DNA from: Candidatus Zixiibacteriota bacterium
GTDB lineage: Bacteria > RBG-13-66-14 > B26-G2 > WVWN01
Length of the DNA: 64,000 nt
Reading direction: 5' to 3'
Assembly: GCA_050117845.1 (NCBI GenBank)
Contig: JASFLY010000009.1
Span: 1-64,000 of the forward strand
Program-made: the position numbers and the translations under genes
Shown: one piece after another, positions 31,340 to 40,786 of the stretch
Layout of the letters: every line of letters begins with the position of its first letter
How positions within the stretch are numbered: the first letter of the stretch is position 1
The notes under the pieces: model-generated
Seen by the model: the letters and a program-made list of their open reading frames with translations, nothing else
Told to the model about the DNA's origin: nothing
Database searches by the model: none

Positions 31340-32470
31340 TTGAAGAGATTCCCCGTCGCCGCGGCCGCGGCGATAACGCTTTGTGCGGCGCTTTTGCGCT
31401 TCGGTTATACCTGGCGGCTGGGCTTCCCCCCGGCCGTGGGGCCGGCGCTGGCGAGCGCGGCCGTAACCGCCGCCGTGGCGTTGGTGGCGTATCGACTGGC
31501 GGGTCGGGCCGGGGCGATAACCGCGGCCTTTATTTGGGCCGTCCTCCCCGTATCCATTATCTCTTCCGTGTTTTTCCCGAACCTTACCTACGCGGCCTTC
31601 GCCGGCGCGTTCTCCCTCGTTTACTTCGGCGAAGGTTCAGGACTGAACGGACGGACCTCTCACTTATTATGGGCGGGCGCGCTGGCCGGCGTCGCCGCCG
31701 CCTTCGACGCCACTGCCCTGGCGCTGGCCGCGTTTTATCTCGCCGTTTCGGTTTACCGCGCGGCGCGGGGGGCGGGACGGCGCGCCGCCGCCTTCGCGTG
31801 GTTGCCGGCGTTCGCGGGAGTACTTGTCGCGGCCGCCACGGTGGAATACGTCCGTACGGGCGAAATCCTGGGCCACGTTAGGACGGCGCTGAACGCGTCG
31901 CCTTCCGTTTACGGGAACGCCACGTTACTCCTGAAACGGGTAGCGGCCGACGCCGCGGCCATGCTTTTCTGGGACCCGTTGGGATTCGGCATCGCGGCCG
32001 TCGCCGCTTTGGCCGGGGCCGGTTGCCTGTACGGGAAGGAAACGCCGGGAGGGAGTTTTTACGCCGGCCTTTTCGTATTCACGCTCGCGCTGTTCAACTT
32101 CGCGCCCACTTCCTCCATCGACTATGCGCCGATGCCCCTCGAACCGCCGCTGTGGCTGGGGGCGGCGGTTCCGGCGGCTATACTGGCCGGGGCGGCGGCG
32201 GGAAAACTCCTGTCGGGGGATAGCGGTCCGTTGAACAAATGGGCGGGATCCCTGGCGGCGGCCTCCATACTCGCGGTTCTTTTTATTAACGGAAACAAAT
32301 ACCTCGCGGTGGTTTCGCTTTGCCTTTTAACCGCTCTGGTCGGTTTAACGCTCCTCCTCGCCGGCGTGAACCAGCGCCGGGCGGCGGGGCCGCGGGCCAT
32401 GATCCCCCGCCTCGCCGGGGCGGCGGTTATTTTGATTTTCCTCTTTTACGGGGTTATATTATACTTGTAA
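31340..32470 (+). CDS. Multi-pass membrane protein, GT-C-like
   Basis: Hydrophobic TM-rich ORF between secA and a GT2 gene; start uncertain. Confidence 0.55.
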   Translation: MKRFPVAAAAAITLCAALLRFGYTWRLGFPPAVGPALASAAVTAAVALVAYRLAGRAGAITAAFIWAVLPVSIISSVFFPNLTYAAFAGAFSLVYFGEGSGLNGRTSHLLWAGALAGVAAAFDATALALAAFYLAVSVYRAARGAGRRAAAFAWLPAFAGVLVAAATVEYVRTGEILGHVRTALNASPSVYGNATLLLKRVAADAAAMLFWDPLGFGIAAVAALAGAGCLYGKETPGGSFYAGLFVFTLALFNFAPTSSIDYAPMPLEPPLWLGAAVPAAILAGAAAGKLLSGDSGPLNKWAGSLAAASILAVLFINGNKYLAVVSLCLLTALVGLTLLLAGVNQRRAAGPRAMIPRLAGAAVILIFLFYGVILYL

Positions 32471-32480
32471 AATCGAAACG

Positions 32481-33152
32481 GTGAAGGCCATAGCCATTAT
32501 CCCGGCCTTCCGTGAAGAAGGTCGGGTGGGAAGGGTCGTCGAGGCGGTACTGCCTTATCTGGCCGACGTGATAGTCGTCGACGACGGCTCCCCCGACGGT
32601 ACTGGGGACGAGGCCCGGCGCGCCGGCGCCGCCGTTCTACGGCTTGAGCCGAACCGGGGCAAGGGCGCAGCCTTGATGGCCGGCCTGGCCGAGGCCCGTC
32701 GGCGGGGTTTCGAGGCGGTGGTCACGCTGGACGCGGACGGCCAACACGACCCGGCCGTCATACCGGCGATGCTCGCGGCCCTGGCCCGGGGCGCGGATAT
32801 CGTCATCGGGACTCGAACGAAAAACCTGCGCGGTATGCCCCCGCAGAGGGTATTTTCGAACACTTTTACGTCCGCGGTTATTTCGATGCTCGCCGGCCGA
32901 CTTATTCGGGACAGCCAGACCGGTTACCGGGCGATGCGGCTGGCCGCCGTGGACGGACTGCCGCTCGTGCGCCGGGGGTTCGACCTCGAGTCCGAGATAC
33001 TGATAAAGGCCGCCCGGGCCGGCGCCCGGATAAGACACGTAACCGTTCCCACCATTTACGGCGACGAGAAGAGCAAGATAAACGTACCCGCGGATACCTA
33101 CCGCTTTTTCCGCGTTGTTTTTACGGACCTTATGGAACGGCTGGAAAGATAG
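32481..33152 (+). CDS. Glycosyltransferase family 2 (DPM-synthase-like)
   Basis: IIPAF, VVDDGSPD, NRGKG, LDADGQH, DSQTGYR. Confidence 0.9.
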   Translation: MKAIAIIPAFREEGRVGRVVEAVLPYLADVIVVDDGSPDGTGDEARRAGAAVLRLEPNRGKGAALMAGLAEARRRGFEAVVTLDADGQHDPAVIPAMLAALARGADIVIGTRTKNLRGMPPQRVFSNTFTSAVISMLAGRLIRDSQTGYRAMRLAAVDGLPLVRRGFDLESEILIKAARAGARIRHVTVPTIYGDEKSKINVPADTYRFFRVVFTDLMERLER

Positions 33153-33158
33153 GAACAG

Positions 33159-33965
33159 GTGACGGCTAAACTCGAATTCGAGCGCTATCCGATAATGGAT
33201 ACCGCCATCCATAACGTCTCGATGGAGGAGACGCTCGACATAATCGACCGCTTCGTGGCCGAGCGGAAACCCCGCACCATAGTCACCGCCAACGTCGACC
33301 ACCTGATGCTCCTGCGCAAGAACGTCGTGTTCCGCGAGGTATACCGCCGGGCCGACCTCGTCACCTGCGACAGCGTGCCGCTTCGGTGGGCGCTCGCCTT
33401 TCTGGGCACCCCCGTAAAGGAGCGCGTCGCAGGCGCGGACATCTTTATGGCGTCGGCGCCTCGGGCGGCCGAGAAAGGATACCGGGTCTTCTACCTGGGG
33501 GCCGGGCCGGGGGTCGCCGAGGAAGCGGCCCGGGTGTTGACGGAGCGCCATCCGAAACTGCAAGTGGTCGGCGCTTACTCGCCGCCCGTTATGTCGTGGG
33601 AAGAACTCGCCGAGGACGAAGAAACGCTGTCTCGGATCGCGAATGCAAAGCCGGATATACTTTTCGCGGCGTTCGGAGCGCCGAAACAGGAACTTTGGCT
33701 GGAAACCGTAAGAAAAAAACTTCGAATACCGGTGGGCGTGGGCGTGGGCGCGGCCTTCGACTTCGCCGCCGGGTCCGTAAAGCGGGCGCCGCGCTGGATG
33801 CAACGTTGCGGCCTGGAATGGTTGTACCGCTTTACGCAGGAACCCGGGCGCTTGTGGCGGAGATACCTCTTCGTCGATTCGCGCTTTGGTTTTTACGTAT
33901 TGCAAGAAAAACTCCGGGGCCGCCGGGCCCCGATTCCCCCCGCCTCCCCCGGCGAGGACGAGTAA
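33159..33965 (+). CDS. WecB/TagA/CpsF-family glycosyltransferase
   Basis: TANVDH, ERVAGAD, GAPKQE, KRAPRWMQ, GLEWLYR, EPGRLWRRY. Confidence 0.92.
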   Translation: MTAKLEFERYPIMDTAIHNVSMEETLDIIDRFVAERKPRTIVTANVDHLMLLRKNVVFREVYRRADLVTCDSVPLRWALAFLGTPVKERVAGADIFMASAPRAAEKGYRVFYLGAGPGVAEEAARVLTERHPKLQVVGAYSPPVMSWEELAEDEETLSRIANAKPDILFAAFGAPKQELWLETVRKKLRIPVGVGVGAAFDFAAGSVKRAPRWMQRCGLEWLYRFTQEPGRLWRRYLFVDSRFGFYVLQEKLRGRRAPIPPASPGEDE

Positions 33966-33981
33966 GCCCCCCTCTCCCCTT

Positions 33982-34914
33982 TTAACCTATATCCCCGAAA
34001 CACTCGTACGCCACGCCGAAGCGTACGCCCTGGACGGATACGACGGCCTCGGCGACCCCAAGGGCCTCGAGTACGGCCGCGACGGCCAGCGCCCCCGCCG
34101 GGAAAATATCCGCCCGCGCCGGCGGCATCCCCGCGAGGCGGCGCCGTTCGGCCACCGGCATATCGTAGACGCGCCGTCCCAGAGAGGCAATGCCCACCGC
34201 GCTTACGGTCCGGCCGCGTATCTCGTCCGCGTCGTACTCCCCCATGCCGAGTTCCACCGCCACCGCGGCCGTCGCCGTCCCCCCCGTAACGATAACGTCG
34301 CCCGCGGCCGGCCGCACGTCGGCGAGTTGGCCCCGAATAAAAAGCGCCGCCCGATCCCACGCGTCGGCGTCGCCGGCCGTTTCTCCCAGAAACCGTTCGG
34401 TTACGGCAACGCAACCTATAGGGTAACTGCGGACGGCCGCCCCTCCCGCCGGTCCCGTTTCCCGCGCTATCTGGGCGCTCCCCCCTCCCACGTCGACCGC
34501 CGTCAATAGCCCCGTGGATAGGGGGAGGCTCCGACGGCCGGCTAGGAGTACGAGGGCGCCCTCCTTTTCCGGAGACAGCACCTCGAACGCCGCGGCCGGG
34601 AGGGGCCCCAGGGCCCTTTCGAACGCCCGACGCAGGTCGTCCCGGCGCAAGGCCGCGGTCCCGACTATTTTAACCTCGTCGGCGCCGCGTTGCCGAGCCC
34701 GTGCGACGTAGGCCGTCACCGCCGCCGCCGTCCGCTCGACCGCCTGGGCCGATATCTCGTTCCGGCCAAGGCCGGCCCCCAACCGCGTCGACGCCATATC
34801 CTCCTCGACGACAGCCGGCCGGCCCCCCGTTTCCAGGGCCATAAATAAATAAAGCACCGTATTGGTGCCGACGTCGATTACCGCTATTGATTTAGGAAAA
34901 TCCTTACCGGACAA
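33982..34914 (-). CDS. Ppx/GppA-family phosphatase
   Basis: IDVGTNT, GTAALR, DVGGGS, RADIFPAG. Confidence 0.9.
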   Translation of the reverse strand: MSGKDFPKSIAVIDVGTNTVLYLFMALETGGRPAVVEEDMASTRLGAGLGRNEISAQAVERTAAAVTAYVARARQRGADEVKIVGTAALRRDDLRRAFERALGPLPAAAFEVLSPEKEGALVLLAGRRSLPLSTGLLTAVDVGGGSAQIARETGPAGGAAVRSYPIGCVAVTERFLGETAGDADAWDRAALFIRGQLADVRPAAGDVIVTGGTATAAVAVELGMGEYDADEIRGRTVSAVGIASLGRRVYDMPVAERRRLAGMPPARADIFPAGALAVAAVLEALGVAEAVVSVQGVRFGVAYECFGDIG

Positions 34915-37330
34915 CGGCCACCTTCCCCGTAAACGTCTCGCCTTCCCGTTCGATTATATAGAAGTACACGCCGGAAGCCACGGCCGCGGGCCAAACCCAC
35001 GTCCCGCCGGAGTCCGGCCTGCCCTCGGCCACGAGTGCGCCGGCCAAATCGTAAACGGCGATCCCCGCGTCCGAGGGAACGCGGTCGAAGGTTACGCCCC
35101 CGGCCGCCGTCGAAGGCCTATACGGGTTGGGGTAAACGCGGGCGTCGCCGAGCGTGAGTACCGGCCCCGTGTCCGCAAGGCCCGCCCATCCGACCAGCGT
35201 CGCCGCGCCCAACCGCGCGTTCATCGCGACGAACGGGATAGAGAGATGGTCCATCGTATCGGTCGTTTTGTGGTAATGGGGATAAACGCCGTACGACGAG
35301 TCCTCGTACAGGTACGTTGCCGCGAAGCCCTCCTGCCAGAAGGACGCGTGGTCGCTGTTTACGCGGAACGGGTCGTTATCCCCCGTGAACGAGAGTTCGG
35401 GGACGTAAAGGCGACGCGCTTCCGAGGCGGCCCTGTACATCCATTCGGAATCGTCGTTGTAAAACAGGAACGAGTCGTCCGGGCCGTCGCCGACGTACCC
35501 GACCATATCCATATTCCACACCGCCCGGATATCGTCGCCGCGGGCCTTCGCCTTCCGGGCGTAATCGCGGCTGCCGACGAGTCCCTGTTCCTCGCCCGCG
35601 AAGAAGACGATCCTGACGGTGCGCTCGAGGTCCACGTCGGCCAGCGCCCGGGCGATGGCCAGCGCCGCGACGACCCCCGACCCGTTGTCGTCCGCGCCCG
35701 GGGCCAACTCGCGGGGCTCGTCGGAGATGCTATCGTAGTGGGCCACTACCAGGTACTGCTCGTCCCCTTCGCTCCCGCCCGGTATGTCGCATACGACGTT
35801 GTCCCACCCGAGTTCCTCGGGCAGGTTGTCGCGCCGGCTGACCCACGTGGCGCCGCCGTCGGAAGTGTAGTCGACGCACGAGCCGTACCCGCACGCCCAA
35901 CCCTCATTCGCCGAGGCGAACGAAACGCCGGTCAGGGGGAACTCGGCGGGGGTATCGACACTACGCCAGGTGGCCCCGCCGTCGGTGGTCCTGAGCACGG
36001 CCCCGTCGTCGCCGCCCACGGCCACGCCGCGGAGGTCATCCGTGAACTGCACCGCGCCCAGATACTCGCCGTCCGCAACGTCGTAGCGCTGGACGTCCCA
36101 GGTTCCGCCGCCGTCCTCCGTGTGGAGGATCACGTCGTAATTATTGCCGACGACCCAACCCTCGTCGGCCGACACGAAACTCAGGCCCGTAAGCTCCACC
36201 ACTTCCGCCGGCGTCTGCGGATCCGAGAAGGGCGTACGGCGCCGCGTCCAGGTGACGCCGCCATCGTCGGTGCTCCGCACCTCGCCGTGCCACCCCACGG
36301 CGTAGCCCCGCAGATTATCCAGGAATTGTATTTCGAACAGCGTGTCGGTCATGCCGCTGGGTTGAGTTTCCCAGTTCGCGCCGCCGTCGGTCGTATGCAG
36401 GATGACGCCTCCGGTCCCGCAGGCCCACCCCTCCGCCGAGTCGGCGAAGTGTACGCCGGTCAGGTGGAGTTCGGTGGGGGGCGGTTGCAGCCGCCAGGTC
36501 AGGCCGCCGTCGGTGCTTCGGAGTACCGTCCCGTTGGCGCCCACGATCCACCCGAAGGTGTCATCGTAAAAGAAGACGTCGACCAGCTCGTCCTCGGTCC
36601 CGCTCGCCTGCACGACCCAGCTGCCGCCGCCGTCGTCGGTGTGCAATATCAAACCGGACGAGCCGACGAGCCACCCGGTGCGCGTCCCCGGTAAAAAGAA
36701 GCACGAATCGAAGTCGTGGGCGGTTACGAAGTTCTCGTAGTGGGGCGATAGACCCAGCGATTCCAACCGCTCGCACAAAAGTTCCGCGGCGTCGGCCAGG
36801 CGGGGCGAAAACGAATAACGGGTAGGTATGGCCGTGAGGTCGGCGAGGTCTCGGTTTATATCTTCGGCCTTTATACGGCTGAGGATGTATTGGATGCGGC
36901 CGTCGGCGAGGTTGATCTCGGGGCGGGGCGTCGGAACCGCGAAGTCGGCAGGCCGGGCCGGCGTCAGGCGGCGCCAGGGCCCGGGGATATCCTTGACGGG
37001 CCGGCCGTAAACCATGCCGTAACTCCGGGAAAGCAGGACGTCGCCGGCGTCCTCGAACAACACGTCGCCGAAGGGCGTGAGGGCCTCCGGCGCTACTCCT
37101 TCGACCCGGTAATAGAAACGTCCCGCCGAGTCGGGAAGGAGGGCGGTACCGGCCGGGCGGCCTCTACTACCGCAATAAACATGGGTCTCGCCGACGCGGC
37201 CCAGGTAATAAACGTCGCCCCCGGGGGGAGCTTCCGCCGGGCCGTACGCCGAAACGACGAGCGGCCCTTGTCCGGCCGCCGCGGCCCCCAACGCAACCAG
37301 GAAAAGCGATAGCGTCAGGAGTCGCTTCAC
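34904..37330 (-). CDS. Secreted M28 metallopeptidase with inserted YCF48/BNR-like propeller and T9SS-type C-terminal domain
   Basis: Signal peptide from GTG 37330; AHYDS, GADDNGSG, GEEQGL, NMDM, SDH, YH motifs; repeated (T/S)xDGGxxW; VYPNP...YDLAG...SGVYF...K tail. Confidence 0.85.
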   Translation of the reverse strand: MKRLLTLSLFLVALGAAAAGQGPLVVSAYGPAEAPPGGDVYYLGRVGETHVYCGSRGRPAGTALLPDSAGRFYYRVEGVAPEALTPFGDVLFEDAGDVLLSRSYGMVYGRPVKDIPGPWRRLTPARPADFAVPTPRPEINLADGRIQYILSRIKAEDINRDLADLTAIPTRYSFSPRLADAAELLCERLESLGLSPHYENFVTAHDFDSCFFLPGTRTGWLVGSSGLILHTDDGGGSWVVQASGTEDELVDVFFYDDTFGWIVGANGTVLRSTDGGLTWRLQPPPTELHLTGVHFADSAEGWACGTGGVILHTTDGGANWETQPSGMTDTLFEIQFLDNLRGYAVGWHGEVRSTDDGGVTWTRRRTPFSDPQTPAEVVELTGLSFVSADEGWVVGNNYDVILHTEDGGGTWDVQRYDVADGEYLGAVQFTDDLRGVAVGGDDGAVLRTTDGGATWRSVDTPAEFPLTGVSFASANEGWACGYGSCVDYTSDGGATWVSRRDNLPEELGWDNVVCDIPGGSEGDEQYLVVAHYDSISDEPRELAPGADDNGSGVVAALAIARALADVDLERTVRIVFFAGEEQGLVGSRDYARKAKARGDDIRAVWNMDMVGYVGDGPDDSFLFYNDDSEWMYRAASEARRLYVPELSFTGDNDPFRVNSDHASFWQEGFAATYLYEDSSYGVYPHYHKTTDTMDHLSIPFVAMNARLGAATLVGWAGLADTGPVLTLGDARVYPNPYRPSTAAGGVTFDRVPSDAGIAVYDLAGALVAEGRPDSGGTWVWPAAVASGVYFYIIEREGETFTGKVAVVR

Positions 37331-38235
37331 TCCGCGGCCTCCGTCGGGCGCCGTTCCCGCAGTTCGTCCACCAGCGAGTAGGGATTGTGGGTAATGTCGC
37401 CCATCTTGACGTGGGGCTTCACGGCCGGGCCGTGGAAGTCGGAACCGGCGGTGGGCACCAGGCCAAGGCGCCGGGCGAGTTCCTCGAACTGCTCTCCCTG
37501 CTCCTCGGTGTGGTAGGAGCAGTAGCACTCGATGCCGCCCAACCCCTCGGCCGCGAGCTCGACGAAAATCCCCTCGTCCTGCGGCAAACGGAAGCGGTCT
37601 CCCGGGTGGGCGAAGACGGCGACGCCGCCCGCCGCCCGCATCACAGCCGCGGCCTGGGCCGGAGACATCCGCTCGACCGGATAATACGCCGGCTTACCGT
37701 GGGATAGGAGGTCCCGGTCGAAGTGGAAATACGGCGCCGTGGCCTTCGGCGGTTGCCGGAGTTCCTCGAGTAGGAGATGGCCGTCGTTCACCGGGTCGTT
37801 GAGGACCACCCGGCCGATAACCGGCCCGACGGGCGGCTGCCCCCGGGCCTCGTCGGCCAGCTTCACCTCGTCGACGACGATGCCCAACTCCCGAAGGCGG
37901 CCGAGGCGCCCCGCCGCCTGACGGATGCGGGCCGCGGTCAAATCGTCTATGGCGCGCGTAATGGCCTCGTGTTCCCAATCGATGAAATACCCGAGTATGT
38001 GGACCCACCGTTCGCCGAGGTCGCACGTGAACTCGACGCCGGGGACGGTTTCAATTCCCTTCTCCTTCCCGGCGGCCATGAATTCCGGCAGGCCCGAAAC
38101 CTCGTCGTGGTCGGTAAGGGCTATCGCCGCCAGCCCTGCCTCCCCGGCGAAGCGGACGAGGTCGGCGGGCGGGTATTGGCCGTCGCTCGAATAGGAGCTG
38201 TGCATATGCAGGTCGACGCGTCTATCGTCGGGCAT
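37327..38235 (-). CDS. PHP-domain phosphoesterase (TrpH/YciV-like)
   Basis: DLHMHSSYSDG, LTDHD, HILGY, AHP, GSDFHG. Confidence 0.9.
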   Translation of the reverse strand: MPDDRRVDLHMHSSYSSDGQYPPADLVRFAGEAGLAAIALTDHDEVSGLPEFMAAGKEKGIETVPGVEFTCDLGERWVHILGYFIDWEHEAITRAIDDLTAARIRQAAGRLGRLRELGIVVDEVKLADEARGQPPVGPVIGRVVLNDPVNDGHLLLEELRQPPKATAPYFHFDRDLLSHGKPAYYPVERMSPAQAAAVMRAAGGVAVFAHPGDRFRLPQDEGIFVELAAEGLGGIECYCSYHTEEQGEQFEELARRLGLVPTAGSDFHGPAVKPHVKMGDITHNPYSLVDELRERRPTEAAE

Positions 38236-38238
38236 TTA

Positions 38239-39153
38239 CTAACCCCCGAGTTCCTCGGGTTTAACGATTACCGTATCGGGTTTGATGAGGTCACCGGCCG
38301 CCAGGCCGATGCCTAGTAAGCGGCCTTCCGCCGTAACGAGGCGCACCGCGGTGTCGGCCGGGAACGCGTCCCGGGACGTTACCGGGCGGCCGTGGACGAC
38401 GTCCCGGCCTTCGCCGGCCGTAAGCGTCACGGACGGCAGGTCCGGGAGCAGGCCGTCGGCCGGGATAAAATGCGGCGGCCGGAGGATGGTTTCGATATCT
38501 CCCGCTTCCACTTCGACCTGGGGCACCGCGTCCTCGATCCGAAAGGGGCCTACGGCGAGGCGGGTCAAGTCCACGACGTAGGCGCCGACGCCGAGTTTCC
38601 GGCCTATGTCCCGGGCGAGCGCGCGGATATAAGTCCCGCCGCCGCACTCGACGTACGCCGTGAACGTCGGGTCCTCGGCCTCTTCGATTTCCAGCCGTTT
38701 AATCGTAACCACGCGGGTGGGCGCCGTTACAGCCTCGCCCCGCCGCGCTTTTTTGTAAAGCGGCTCGCCATCGTGTTTGACCGCCGAGAACTTCGGGACC
38801 TCCTGCATTATCTCGCCGACGAAGGACCGCGCCACCGCCGGCAGCGCCTCGTAAACCGCGGGGGTCACTTTCCTTTTATACAGGACTTCCCCCTCGTCGT
38901 CGCCCGTCGAGGTCTCGGCGCCCAGCTTCGCGACGAAGCGGTACGTTTTATCGTACCCCAAAAAGAAGCGGGCCAGCCGCGTAACGCGGCCGAAGAGCAA
39001 GGGGAGCACGCCGTGGGCCGCGGGGTCGAGGGTCCCGGCGTGGCCGACCTTCTTCGTTCCCAGAGCCCGGCGGGCCATATCCACCACGTCGTGGGAGGTC
39101 GGCCCCCGGCTCTTGTCGACGTTTATCAGGCCGCCGGTTTCGATTTTAACCAT
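38239..39153 (-). CDS. truB: tRNA pseudouridine(55) synthase
   Basis: TSHDVV, GHAGTLDP, GGTYIRALARD; start reassigned to ATG 39153. Confidence 0.95.
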   Translation of the reverse strand: MVKIETGGLINVDKSRGPTSHDVVDMARRALGTKKVGHAGTLDPAAHGVLPLLFGRVTRLARFFLGYDKTYRFVAKLGAETSTGDDEGEVLYKRKVTPAVYEALPAVARSFVGEIMQEVPKFSAVKHDGEPLYKKARRGEAVTAPTRVVTIKRLEIEEAEDPTFTAYVECGGGTYIRALARDIGRKLGVGAYVVDLTRLAVGPFRIEDAVPQVEVEAGDIETILRPPHFIPADGLLPDLPSVTLTAGEGRDVVHGRPVTSRDAFPADTAVRLVTAEGRLLGIGLAAGDLIKPDTVIVKPEELGG

Positions 39154-40106
39154 TCCTCCACCTCCGCGAGAACGGCGTCCCGGACTTCCGCCAAGGGGCC
39201 GGCCACGAAACACCCGGCCGCCGCCGGGTGGCCGCCGCCGCCCCGCGCCAGCGCCAAGCCGCTCACGTCCAGATCCTCCGCGGCCCGGAATGATATCCGA
39301 ACGCCGCCCTCCACTTCCCGAAACAGGATGCCGACCCGGCACCCCTCCACCCGACGGGCGTAGTCCACCAGCCCTTCGGTCTGCTGGATCTCCGCCCCCG
39401 CACGCCGCAAGGCTTCCTGCGTCACGGCCATGAAGACGACGCCGCCACGGCGCTCCATCACGCCGAGCGCCGCGCCCAGTATCTTCATATAGGCGAGCGG
39501 GTATCGGCGGTAGAGGTCGCTTTCGACGTCCGACGGAGACACCCCCCGTCGAACCAGGTCCGCGGCCATCTCGAAGGCCCAATCGTTCGTGTTGGAATAA
39601 GTGAAGTTGCCGGTATCGGTCACGAGGCCGACGTACAAGCATAGAGCGGCCTCGGCGGGGAAATCGCCTCCCGTCGCGCCCAAAAGCTCCCATACCTGCG
39701 CGGCGGTGGCCGGAGCCGCCGGCTCCACCCAATCCATCGAACCGAAGCCGCGATTGGAAGCGTGGTGGTCGACGTCGATAATCGTTCCCCCGGCCTCGGC
39801 GAAGGAGGCCACTTCGGAAGGCAGCCGGCCCAAATCGGCGCTATCGAGGGCCACGGCGACGTCCCCGTCCCGCCAGGCGAAAGCTCGGGCGTTTTCAACT
39901 TCGTCGAATCCGGGGAGGAAACAATAGCGGGTGGGCGGGGGTTCCAGGGGCCAAATAGCGGCCTCGACGCCCCAGGCCCGAAGGCCGTACGCGAGGCCGA
40001 GAACGCTTCCGACGGCGTCTCCGTCCGGCTCGGCGTGCGTCGCGAGAACGACCCGCCGCGCCGCCTTAAGAACCGGGGTTATTTTCGTCGCCGCCGGATG
40101 TCTCAT
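39126..40106 (-). CDS. nrnA: DHH-family oligoribonuclease / PAP phosphatase
   Basis: HAEPDGDA, DHH, TDTG, GGGH. Confidence 0.9.
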   Translation of the reverse strand: MRHPAATKITPVLKAARRVVLATHAEPDGDAVGSVLGLAYGLRAWGVEAAIWPLEPPPTRYCFLPGFDEVENARAFAWRDGDVAVALDSADLGRLPSEVASFAEAGGTIIDVDHHASNRGFGSMDWVEPAAPATAAQVWELLGATGGDFPAEAALCLYVGLVTDTGNFTYSNTNDWAFEMAADLVRRGVSPSDVESDLYRRYPLAYMKILGAALGVMERRGGVVFMAVTQEALRRAGAEIQQTEGLVDYARRVEGCRVGILFREVEGGVRISFRAAEDLDVSGLALARGGGGHPAAAGCFVAGPLAEVRDAVLAEVEEWLKSKPAA

Positions 40107-40458
40107 CGATTTCCAATTCTTTGAGAATCTCGAAAACGCGGACTGCTGACCGGTATTCCTTGTCCAGGCGAAACCGGACGTGAGGGGTGCGCCGTAATCG
40201 GACGCGGGGACCTATCTCTTTCTGAACGAAAGGACGGCAGCGTTCCAGGGCGGCCAGGCCGCGGGCGATTTCCTTCTCGTCGCCGAATACGCTAACGTAT
40301 ACGTCGGCGAATTGCAAGTCGCGCGTGACGCGGACCCACAGAATGGTAACGCCGCGGATCGCGGGATCGGTGACCCGGGATGCCAGGATGTCCGCGACCT
40401 CTTTTTTTATCAAACGCTCGACGCGAGCTATTCGATTACCGTCTTGCACGTTCCACAC
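40066..40458 (-). CDS. rbfA: Ribosome-binding factor A
   Basis: VTRDLQFADVYVS, LRRTPHVRF; position after infB. Confidence 0.9.
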   Translation of the reverse strand: MWNVQDGNRIARVERLIKKEVADILASRVTDPAIRGVTILWVRVTRDLQFADVYVSVFGDEKEIARGLAALERCRPFVQKEIGPRVRLRRTPHVRFRLDKEYRSAVRVFEILKELEIDETSGGDENNPGS

Positions 40459-40484
40459 CCCCCGGGCGCACCGGGGACGGCGAT

Positions 40485-40781
40485 TTAAAGCTCTACGATG
40501 TCGCCGGATATAGTTAGGTCAAGGTCGCCGAAGCGGCGCTCGAGGTGGTTTTCCAGTTTCGCCAGCAGCACGTCGGCCCGGCGCCGGGAACTCGCCAAAC
40601 CGCCGAACGCGATAACCGAACGGCTAACTTCGTCCAGGCCGTCGATTTCGGCCACGGCTGCGTCGAACTTCGAACGAACGCCGTCCTTCAAACTACGGAC
40701 GACCATCCGTTTATCTTTAAGACTCTTGGCGCCCTCAAGGCGTACCGTCACCGTGAGGAGCGCGAGATACGGCCTTGGCAT
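40485..40781 (-). CDS. DUF503 (YlxP-like) protein
   Basis: SLKDKRMVVRSL, VAEID; between infB and rbfA. Confidence 0.85.
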   Translation of the reverse strand: MPRPYLALLTVTVRLEGAKSLKDKRMVVRSLKDGVRSKFDAAVAEIDGLDEVSRSVIAFGGLASSRRRADVLLAKLENHLERRFGDLDLTISGDIVEL

Positions 40782-40786
40782 GGCTC

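Noticed and set aside
35810..36720. Recurrent CCGCCGTCG-type nucleotide repeats resembling an array
   Set aside because: They encode the xDGGxxW protein repeats. There are no identical repeats with unique spacers and no cas genes, so this is not CRISPR.
38239..39732. 497-aa TruB with a long N-terminal extension (similar extensions on fmt, cdsA, uppS, rplM and the M28 gene)
   Set aside because: The extensions overlap upstream genes in another frame or run into intergenic DNA; downstream starts fit the family lengths.
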